DNA of 34,473 nt from NCBI GenBank assembly GCA_010031285.1, contig RHAY01000001.1, positions 1 through 34,473 on the forward strand, in the 5' to 3' direction. Positions 7,504 through 15,056 of the stretch are shown here, in pieces (within the stretch, counting starts at the first letter, position 1; each line of letters begins with the position of its first letter). The notes beneath the pieces were generated by a model that had not been told where the DNA came from, made no database searches, and saw only the letters and a program-made list of their open reading frames with translations. This DNA comes from Methylophilaceae bacterium. GTDB taxonomy: Bacteria > Pseudomonadota > Gammaproteobacteria > Burkholderiales > Methylophilaceae. The position numbers and the translations under genes were made by a program.

Positions 7504-9356
7504 ACTAGATTAAGATAAATACTTTCCAATGTGTTTACGAATAATTGTGGTTGAAATATGGGCGAAGATTTTTTAGCTTCATTCAATCGATAAATAATAT
7601 CTTGTCGGTATTTAAGATTCTCAGTGAGTCGACTAGCGCAATGAATATAATTTTCGATATTTTCAGTAATGAGCTCATCCAAATTTAAGCTATGAAGTAA
7701 ACTTCCCGCCACCCTTGAAGCGAAAGTATTTCCCTTGAGTGTTACGATAGGTAAATTCATTGATAAAGCATCACTTGCTGATGTATGTGCGTTATATGGT
7801 AAGGTATCTAAATAGAGATCTGCCAAAGCGTGGCGAGCTATATGTTCATCGTTTGGAGCACGGGATGCAAAAATGATTCTTTCTGGATTGATGCCACACT
7901 TATTTGCATAATCTTTCAAATTACGAGTTGACCATGCATTTGAATGAGTCAACCAAAGTATGCTTTTGGGATATTTTTCAAGAAGTGTAAGCCAAGCTTT
8001 AAATATGAGCTCAGTTATTTTAAAAGATTGGTTAAAGGCGCAGTACACAAAAGCATTTTCAGGAATACCATAATCTTCTCTATTTTTTTGATTTAAATGA
8101 GCACGATTTTCTATGTTGGGCTGATAAGCAAAAGGAAGCCTTAGAATAGTTTCTGCATAATAATTTTCATCATTTTCAGGGATAATGAAGTGATCAGCCA
8201 AGATGTAATCATATAGTGGTTTTTCTTGCGTTAAGCCCATCGTACCCGGATAGCCTAGCCAATTAATAGTGCTTGTATTTTTTAGCTGCGGTGCTATAAA
8301 AGCACGACTATTATTGGTGTACCCAGTTAAATCAATAAAAATATCAATTTCGTCATCATTAATAAGGCTTACAGCCTTTTCATCGTTGAGGCTTGAGATA
8401 TCTCGATAATAATCAAATAATTTGACAAGTGTTTTTCGTTCATTTGTATTTTCATGTGGGCTTGCGTCATAAGCATAAATTTCAAAAATATTGCGATTGT
8501 GATATTTGATGACATCACGAATTAAAAAATATAGTGGATGAAGTTTAAAGTCAGAAGATAAATATCCGATACGAACTTTATTTTTTCGCTTCCATTTTCC
8601 TTTTGTAAACACCCGGTCTTTAAAATGATTTTGCGTCCATTGAGTTGCACATGATAGTTGATCTTGAGGGGACGACAGAGGATTGGCAATAAAAGCAAAA
8701 GGTGAAATAAGTGCTTCCGCATTAGTTTGTACAATAGAACATATTTTTTGTAAATATTGATCAATTTCATACCAATCACACATGTGCTGTTTTTGATGGG
8801 TTAGGTGGACCAGTGCATGAAAAAGATCAGGTTTTATCTTTAGTGCATTCTGGTAGGATTTAACAGCTTTATCTAAATAGCCAAGTTTGCGCTCTGAATT
8901 GCCATTGTTATTCCAAAGATCAGCATCATTTGGATTTAATTTGATAGCTTTTTGATAGTTTTCATACGCCTTAGAGATTTTGTTAAGCTTATCTTGTGTG
9001 TTTGCTAAATTGTAGTAATAAACCCAATTATTTTTTTCATACTCCAGAACCTCTTCAAAGCATGCTTCTGATAATTGAAATTTGGATTTTAAATAATACT
9101 CATTACCTAATGATGTAAGAGAAAAGCAGAGTGCATTTTTAATATCTACATTGTCTTTAAATTGATACAAACTTCTTCTAAAGTAACCTGCAGCCTCCTC
9201 GAATTGTTTGTTTGATGCACAAAGATTTCCAAGTTCTATTTGGATAATGTAATTTTTAGGTTCTATTTGCAGAGCTTTCTTTAGTGAATGAATAGCTTTT
9301 GAAAGATCTCCCTCTCTTTCAAATTTTTCTGCTTCTTCAATAAATTTTTTTGACAT
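7500..9356 (-). CDS. TPR-containing SPINDLY/OGT-family protein glycosyltransferase (GT41)
   Basis: N-terminal TPRs; RIGYLSSDF..HP, DIFIDLTGYT, WLGYPGTMG, FNQSFKI and LDTLPYNAHTSASDAL...FASRV motifs. Confidence 0.9.
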   Translation of the reverse strand: MSKKFIEEAEKFEREGDLSKAIHSLKKALQIEPKNYIIQIELGNLCASNKQFEEAAGYFRRSLYQFKDNVDIKNALCFSLTSLGNEYYLKSKFQLSEACFEEVLEYEKNNWVYYYNLANTQDKLNKISKAYENYQKAIKLNPNDADLWNNNGNSERKLGYLDKAVKSYQNALKIKPDLFHALVHLTHQKQHMCDWYEIDQYLQKICSIVQTNAEALISPFAFIANPLSSPQDQLSCATQWTQNHFKDRVFTKGKWKRKNKVRIGYLSSDFKLHPLYFLIRDVIKYHNRNIFEIYAYDASPHENTNERKTLVKLFDYYRDISSLNDEKAVSLINDDEIDIFIDLTGYTNNSRAFIAPQLKNTSTINWLGYPGTMGLTQEKPLYDYILADHFIIPENDENYYAETILRLPFAYQPNIENRAHLNQKNREDYGIPENAFVYCAFNQSFKITELIFKAWLTLLEKYPKSILWLTHSNAWSTRNLKDYANKCGINPERIIFASRAPNDEHIARHALADLYLDTLPYNAHTSASDALSMNLPIVTLKGNTFASRVAGSLLHSLNLDELITENIENYIHCASRLTENLKYRQDIIYRLNEAKKSSPIFQPQLFVNTLESIYLNLV

Positions 9357-9365
9357 GATATAAAT

Positions 9366-10568
9366 TTATACCTTATATATCTGGCTCGCCACTTTTTTTA
9401 AGCTCATTTTTTTAAGTCGATATCTTTCTGGATTTGTGTAATTTAGTGTTTCTTTGTCTTCTTGAGATAAATTACCATTAATTAAATTTGCTAGAACAGA
9501 AGCGCAGTAGGGGGCGAACGTAAAGCCTCTAGAACCAAATCCACTAGCAATATATAAATTTTTAAGCCAAGGAAGTTGATCAGCTCGGGCTAATTCTCTA
9601 ACACGCATTTTTTTAAATAATTGATTATCGAATACTTGACCCACATATGGCTTTCTATCTTTTGTAGATGCTCGCCATGCAACTCTACCAGGAATTGATT
9701 TTTGTGTTTCACAGTAATTATAAAATTTTCTGTGTATACCTTTTATTGATGCAATATTCTTTTTCGTATCGCTTGTTCTCAAATCTTTAAAAAAGTCATT
9801 CATAGCGTATGTTGCGCCAAAAACATGCTTATCATGTATCAGTGGAGCCAAATAACCTTCATCGCACGTGACAATGGGTGGCATTGAAAATGATGTGGAA
9901 GTAATCCAATTCACTTGCCCTCTGAATGCATCTGTATATAAGTGTTGAGTAAGATCAAATTGATTCACAGAGTAAGCATTGCAAATGGCCACATGTGAAG
10001 AATTTAAAGTTTTTTTATCTTCTGTTTTAAGCGTCCATCCATCAATTAATTTTTCAATCGATTTGATTTTTTGATGAGTGATTATTTTGATATTAGAATG
10101 ATTTGTTAATTGCTTACATAAGGCTATGGGATTAATCCATCCACCTTGATGGAATAAAAAACCGCTTGAATTTCTCTCTATCGAATATTTACTTAAAATT
10201 GATTTGTTAATTAGGCTAAAAAAATCTTCCTTGCTTGTAATTTTTTTTGATAAATTAATCTCTAATTTTTTAGTGTATGTTTCTTCTAAAATTTCAATTG
10301 CCCCATCAAATCTAAAATCTTCTTTATTCAGTCCTAATTGACTTATCCAATCTGTTGTGAATCTAAAACTCCTCAACATAAAATCATTATAGGCTTCATC
10401 ATTCAACATAAATTTTGGATAAATTGCTGCAACCGGATTTCCTGAGCCTCCTTGGGCAATATTATCTTTGCTTTCTATTAAAGTGACATCCCAATCAGAA
10501 TTTGCTAAAAAATGGGCTAATGAACAACCTGCAATGCCAGCCCCAATGATTAATATATTTTTTTGCAT
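9366..10568 (-). CDS. mnmC: FAD-dependent cmnm5s2U34 oxidoreductase (stand-alone C-terminal half of MnmC)
   Basis: IIGAGIAG dinucleotide-binding motif, AQGGSGNP, GGWINP..LC, RGQV, GATY, R.STKDR.P and GFGSRG. No methyltransferase domain. Alternative TTG start at 10583. Confidence 0.8.
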   Translation of the reverse strand: MQKNILIIGAGIAGCSLAHFLANSDWDVTLIESKDNIAQGGSGNPVAAIYPKFMLNDEAYNDFMLRSFRFTTDWISQLGLNKEDFRFDGAIEILEETYTKKLEINLSKKITSKEDFFSLINKSILSKYSIERNSSGFLFHQGGWINPIALCKQLTNHSNIKIITHQKIKSIEKLIDGWTLKTEDKKTLNSSHVAICNAYSVNQFDLTQHLYTDAFRGQVNWITSTSFSMPPIVTCDEGYLAPLIHDKHVFGATYAMNDFFKDLRTSDTKKNIASIKGIHRKFYNYCETQKSIPGRVAWRASTKDRKPYVGQVFDNQLFKKMRVRELARADQLPWLKNLYIASGFGSRGFTFAPYCASVLANLINGNLSQEDKETLNYTNPERYRLKKMSLKKVASQIYKV

Positions 10569-10697
10569 ATCTAGATTTGTCAACTTTATACAGTATTAAA
10601 AAACAATGGCTTAAGATAAGATATTATTACTAGGCATTTTCCAAAAAGTGCTTTATTAATCTAAAAAACTCGAACGATCATTTTGAAAGGTTATTCG

Positions 10698-12530
10698 TTG
10701 AAATTTGTTAGAGCAGCGCTTTTAAGTTTATTGATTCTCATTATTACGGGCTGCGCTTCTATGGATTCTATATCACTAGATTCGCTCTCTTTAGACAAGT
10801 TATCGTTGCCTAAGCTTCCATCATTCAAATTTGGCTCAGATGAACAATGGGCTTCATATGGCAAAAATCTTACCAATCAACGTTTTTCAACTTTAACTCA
10901 AATTAATAAGGATAACGTAAATAATCTTGAGCTCGCATGGAAATTTAAATCAGGTGTTGCTGCTACATTTCAAGCATCTCCGTTGGTAATTAATAATGTA
11001 ATGTTCGTAAGTCTTCCTCATAACCATGTTGTTGCCTTAGATGCAAAAACAGGCAAAGAAATATGGCGTTATAGCCATAAAAAAAGGGATAACTGGAGAA
11101 TGTGTTGCGGACCTGCTAATCGAGGGTTAGCTTATTCGAGTAACAAAATTTTTATAGGTACTGTTGACGCAAGACTCATTGCTTTAGATGCAAAAACAGG
11201 AAAAAAAATCTGGGATATCGATGTTGCTGATAATGATAATAAATTTGAAAGTAGCAATTCACTAAGCCAGTCCGATAGCAAGAGCCAAAAAGACGTTTAT
11301 GGCCAAACGGGTGTGGGTATTGCTATGGCGCCAGTGACCTTTAAAGATATGGTTATTGTTGGTATTACGGGTGTTGGATACGGCCTTCATGTTGATACGC
11401 CCCGACCTGATGCGCCATTAGGTGCTGTGATTGGGGTTGATGGTCGGTTTGGCCGTCCAGGATTTTTAGCAGCATATAACATTCAAACGGGTAAGCGTAT
11501 TTGGCAATTCGATACAATTCCCTCAGAAGGCTGGGAAGGAAAATATAGAGAAACGATTGAAGACAATATTTCTTTAAATCGCAACATTGCTCAAGAAAAA
11601 GAAAACCTTAAAAACAATAAAGACGCTTGGAAATTTGGAGGTGGCTCTGCATGGAGCACTCCAGCCATCGATGAAGATGCAAATATTTTATATTTTGGCA
11701 CTGGTAATCCTTCACCACAAATGAATGACACATCAAGGCCTGGAGATAATTTATATACAGTTTCTCTCGTGGCTCTTGATGCAACGTCAGGAAAATTAAA
11801 ATGGTTTTACCAGCAAGTGCCCCATGATGTTTGGGGGTATGACGTAGCGAGTCCTCCCGTATTGTTTGATTATAAAAAAGAGGGGAAAACAATTCCGGCT
11901 ATAGGTCAGGCTAGTAAAACTGGTTGGTATTACATTCATAATCGCATTACTGGCGAACTTATTACAAAAACAGAACCATTTGTGCCACAAAAAAATCTTT
12001 TTGCAAAAGCGACAACTGAGGGGACAGTTATATATCCTGGAATATTAGGGGGAGCTAATTGGGGACCAACTTCACTAGACGAAAAAAATCAGATCGTATT
12101 TGTTTCAGCAATTCATGCACCTATCAAATATACATTGGTCGATGAACCAGCGCATGATGATTTGCCTGCAATCAGATATGCATCTTCTGAGCCAACACAA
12201 GATGAACGATGGGGCTTGCTTTCCGCAATTGATTTAAATACTAAGAAAATTAAGTGGCAGGTTAAAACACCGCAACCATTAACGGGAGGATTATTAGCCA
12301 CCGAAGGTAATCTTGTATTTATGGGTGAAGGAAATGGAAATTTTAATGCTTACGATACAAAAACAGGAAAGTTGCTCTGGACAAATAAAGTTGATGCCGG
12401 CGTTAATGCACCGCCTATCAGTTATGAAATTGAAGGTACACAATATATTGCGGTTGCTGCGGGCGGTAATTCTATTTTTGGATTTAAAGAGGGTGACAAC
12501 ATCCTAGTCTATAAACTTAAAAAAATATAA
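10698..12530 (+). CDS. PQQ-dependent alcohol/methanol dehydrogenase-family beta-propeller lipoprotein with an atypical active site
   Basis: Lipobox ITGC; QINKDNV..L..AW, CCGPANRG, Trp-docking repeats (ALDAKTGK.IW), GGGSAW, YFGTGNPSP, RPGDNLY, PHDVWGYD and QYIAVAAGG. TTG 10698 has AAAGG upstream at 10686-10690; alternative TTG start at 10683. Confidence 0.88.
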   Translation: MKFVRAALLSLLILIITGCASMDSISLDSLSLDKLSLPKLPSFKFGSDEQWASYGKNLTNQRFSTLTQINKDNVNNLELAWKFKSGVAATFQASPLVINNVMFVSLPHNHVVALDAKTGKEIWRYSHKKRDNWRMCCGPANRGLAYSSNKIFIGTVDARLIALDAKTGKKIWDIDVADNDNKFESSNSLSQSDSKSQKDVYGQTGVGIAMAPVTFKDMVIVGITGVGYGLHVDTPRPDAPLGAVIGVDGRFGRPGFLAAYNIQTGKRIWQFDTIPSEGWEGKYRETIEDNISLNRNIAQEKENLKNNKDAWKFGGGSAWSTPAIDEDANILYFGTGNPSPQMNDTSRPGDNLYTVSLVALDATSGKLKWFYQQVPHDVWGYDVASPPVLFDYKKEGKTIPAIGQASKTGWYYIHNRITGELITKTEPFVPQKNLFAKATTEGTVIYPGILGGANWGPTSLDEKNQIVFVSAIHAPIKYTLVDEPAHDDLPAIRYASSEPTQDERWGLLSAIDLNTKKIKWQVKTPQPLTGGLLATEGNLVFMGEGNGNFNAYDTKTGKLLWTNKVDAGVNAPPISYEIEGTQYIAVAAGGNSIFGFKEGDNILVYKLKKI

Positions 12531-12541
12531 AGACTATATAG

Positions 12542-13279
12542 ATGGAAGAGGCTGTACGCATTTCTAAAATATTATCTGAGCTAGGTCTTTGTTCACGAAG
12601 AGAAGCCGATGCTTATATCGAACAAGGTCTCGTGACGCTTGATGGTAAAGTTGTTACTGAACTAGGTACACGCGCTTATCGTTCGCAAAAGGTTGAATTA
12701 AAAAAACAAGCAGCTATTCAACAATCTTCCAAAGCCACTGTTATATTAAATAAGCCCGTTGGTTATATTTCGCATCTTGATGATGATAAAGCTTTTAGGC
12801 CTGCCGCAAGTCTTATTATTCAAGATAACTTTCAAGTTTCGAAACTGTATTCTTCTCGTAATCCAAGATTTAATACTGATGGATTAGCTCCAGCAGGAAG
12901 ACTAGATATTGACTCTTCCGGTTTATTAGTTCTCACTCAAGATGGCAGAATTGCTAAAACAATCATTGGCGAACAAAGTGTGATTGAAAAAGAGTATTTA
13001 GTTCGAGTTGAAGGAAAGTTGGTTAATAAAGGCTTGGAGCTATTAAGGCACGGTCTTTCACTTGACGGTTGTAAGTTAAAGCCAGCGATAGTTGAATGGC
13101 AGAATAATGATCAATTGCGTTTTATTTTAACCGAAGGGCGGAATAGACAGATCAGAAGAATGTGTGAGCTTGTTGGTCTCCATGTAATTGGGTTAAAGAG
13201 AGTTAGGATTGGTAATGTTTTATTAGGAGACCTTCCAACAGGAATGTGGCGATTTCTAGACCAGAGAGAAAAATTTTAA
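12542..13279 (+). CDS. rluF: RsuA/RluF-family pseudouridine synthase (S4 domain + catalytic domain)
   Basis: CSRREAD S4 motif, LNKPVG, GRLD catalytic Asp, EKEYLV and EGRNRQIRRM. Confidence 0.8.
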   Translation: MEEAVRISKILSELGLCSRREADAYIEQGLVTLDGKVVTELGTRAYRSQKVELKKQAAIQQSSKATVILNKPVGYISHLDDDKAFRPAASLIIQDNFQVSKLYSSRNPRFNTDGLAPAGRLDIDSSGLLVLTQDGRIAKTIIGEQSVIEKEYLVRVEGKLVNKGLELLRHGLSLDGCKLKPAIVEWQNNDQLRFILTEGRNRQIRRMCELVGLHVIGLKRVRIGNVLLGDLPTGMWRFLDQREKF

Positions 13280-13656
13280 TGGCTATTGCGTTAGAGTATT
13301 TTAACTTTATTGTTAGAAGATCAACGATTGAGGAAAAGTATCCTGGTGGATGGGACCAATGCCTAATTGATCATGCTTCTTCTCTTGGGACTCGAGTTTG
13401 GTATGATGAATATCTTTTTAGAGATGGTGCTATGAATCCTATTGATATGGAAAATTTAGTCAATGCGTGGAGGGATATTGGTTTTCAATCTGTTCTAATC
13501 AATGGCGAAAAGAAATGGTTGGATTGCTGTGTAATTGATGAAAGATTTGATACATTATCTTTGTCATGCGACTGGATCGAAATAGATGTCGCAGGGGAAT
13601 TTGCATATCTTAAAGATAAAGACCCAGCAGAAATTGTGGGCCATCATGGGTTTTAA
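13279..13656 (+). CDS. Hypothetical protein (125 aa)
   Basis: TAATG overlap with the rluF stop; protein-like composition (IEEKYPGGW, LFRDGAMNP). Confidence 0.7.
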   Translation: MAIALEYFNFIVRRSTIEEKYPGGWDQCLIDHASSLGTRVWYDEYLFRDGAMNPIDMENLVNAWRDIGFQSVLINGEKKWLDCCVIDERFDTLSLSCDWIEIDVAGEFAYLKDKDPAEIVGHHGF

Positions 13657-13659
13657 ATT

Positions 13660-14190
13660 TTAACTTTTTTTGTATCTTTCAATACCTTCAAGAATTTCTT
13701 TGTGCGCATCTTGGGGACCTTTCCAGCCTTTGATTTTAACCCATTTACCTTTTTCTAAATCTTTATAGTGTTCGAAAAAATGCTGAATTTGATTAAGTCG
13801 CAGAGGATTCATATCTTCGGGTTTTTGCCAATGTGAATAAATTGAAAGAATTCTATCTTCAGGAACTGCCAACACCTTTGCATCCTGACCTTGCTCATCT
13901 TCCATTTCCAATATCCCAACAGCTCGACAGCTCACAACCACGCCTGGAATTAAAGGTAATGGGGTAACAACAAGCACGTCTACTGGATCACCGTCACCTG
14001 CGATTGTCTTGGGTATGTAACCATAATTGGTAGGGTAATGCATAGCTGTGCCCATAAATCGATCCACAAAAATTGCTCCTGATTCTTTATCGACCTCATA
14101 TTTGATTGGATCAGCATTCATTGGGATTTCAATAATGACGTTGAAATGTATTGGAACATTTTTACCAGGAAGAACGTTATCTAAGCTCAT
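13660..14190 (-). CDS. ppa: Inorganic pyrophosphatase (family I)
   Basis: [22 protein letters not shown] and [10 protein letters not shown] motifs. Confidence 0.96.
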   Translation of the reverse strand: MSLDNVLPGKNVPIHFNVIIEIPMNADPIKYEVDKESGAIFVDRFMGTAMHYPTNYGYIPKTIAGDGDPVDVLVVTPLPLIPGVVVSCRAVGILEMEDEQGQDAKVLAVPEDRILSIYSHWQKPEDMNPLRLNQIQHFFEHYKDLEKGKWVKIKGWKGPQDAHKEILEGIERYKKS

Positions 14191-14221
14191 AGGTGTCTAG
14201 CGGGAAATTTTAAAAAAAGTG

Positions 14222-14230
14222 ATTCTAGCA
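14222..14230 (-). promoter_or_regulatory. Candidate extended -10 promoter for ppa
   Basis: Minus strand TGcTAGAAT, about 30 nt upstream of the ppa ATG. Confidence 0.4.
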
Positions 14231-14270
14231 TGTTTGAGCTATCACTGAATGACTAAACTAGCTTGATAAT

Positions 14271-14346
14271 TGGCGTCCCCAAGGGGAGTCGAACCCCTGT
14301 TCCCTCCGTGAAAGGGAGGTGTCCTAGGCCTCTAGACGATGGGGAC
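14271..14346 (-). tRNA. tRNA-Glu(TTC)
   Basis: GTCCCCATCGTCTAGAGGCCTAGGACACCTCCCTTTCACGGAGGGAACAGGGGTTCGACTCCCCTTGGGGACGCCA; 76 nt, anticodon TTC, CCA encoded. Confidence 0.97.
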
Positions 14347-14399
14347 CTAAGAAAAGAAGGTGCTATTCTACTATAGAACAGCGTTTGATATAAGTTATT

Positions 14400-14475
<76 letters not shown>

Positions 14476-14490
14476 AGGTATCTGATCAAA

Positions 14491-14526
14491 GGCGCACATC
14501 TTAAATTTTAGAAGTAAGCGCGTCAA
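14491..14526 (-). promoter_or_regulatory. Sigma70 stable-RNA promoter for the tRNA-Ala/Glu pair
   Basis: Minus strand TTGACG (14526-14521), 17-bp spacer, TAAGAT (14503-14498), then GC-rich discriminator GTGCGCC. Confidence 0.72.
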
Positions 14527-14531
14527 TCCTT

Positions 14532-14978
14532 TTAAGATCGGGTGTTTGTTTGTTTTGAAAATTGGCTTAAATCAACAATAGGTTCAGGTTTCCAACCTTT
14601 TTTCTTGTGTTCAACCACAACGTTTGTAAATACGCCACCGCGCACAAAAAATTCGGCACGAAGACGCATAAAACGTGGCTCTGTCGCCTTAACTAAATCG
14701 TCTAAAATGCGATTAGTTACAGCTTCATGGAAGCAACCCTCATCTCTAAAAGACCAGATATAAAGCTTCAGACTTTTGAGCTCTACACATTTTTTATTAG
14801 GAATGTAATCAAGATATAGAGTAGCAAAGTCTGGCTGCCCAGTCTTAGGGCATAAACAGGTAAATTCAGGTATTTGCATATGAATATGAAAGTCCCGAGA
14901 AGGGCATGGATTAGCGAAAGTTTCAAGCTTTTTAGTAGGTTTTGCGCTTGGTTTTTTTCCCAAAGAAAGTGCGTTCAT
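14532..14978 (-). CDS. queF: NADPH-dependent preQ0 reductase (short, unimodular QueF)
   Basis: [28 protein letters not shown] and RGG motifs. Confidence 0.94.
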   Translation of the reverse strand: MNALSLGKKPSAKPTKKLETFANPCPSRDFHIHMQIPEFTCLCPKTGQPDFATLYLDYIPNKKCVELKSLKLYIWSFRDEGCFHEAVTNRILDDLVKATEPRFMRLRAEFFVRGGVFTNVVVEHKKKGWKPEPIVDLSQFSKQTNTRS

Positions 14979-15056
14979 AGATTAAAATAAGGAAGTAAAA
15001 AAAAGTTATTATACTGTTAATAGATAACACCTACTTCACTTCGATAAAAGAATATT

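Noticed and set aside
10698-12530. Calling the quinoprotein xoxF, mxaF or exaF
   Set aside because: It lacks the GAE/GGE metal Glu and the WD catalytic Asp, has an ASPP rather than G.NE motif after YD, is a lipoprotein, and has no xoxG/xoxJ-type neighbours.
14191-14270. Integrated element at the tRNA 3' ends
   Set aside because: No integrase and no duplicated tRNA 3' end seen; ppa follows within 80 bp.
14979-15056. preQ1 riboswitch or structured element upstream of queF
   Set aside because: No preQ1-I hallmark (GGUUC-loop stem plus A-rich tail) on the sense strand. Only weak AT-rich symmetry and overlapping divergent -10-like hexamers (15008-15015).
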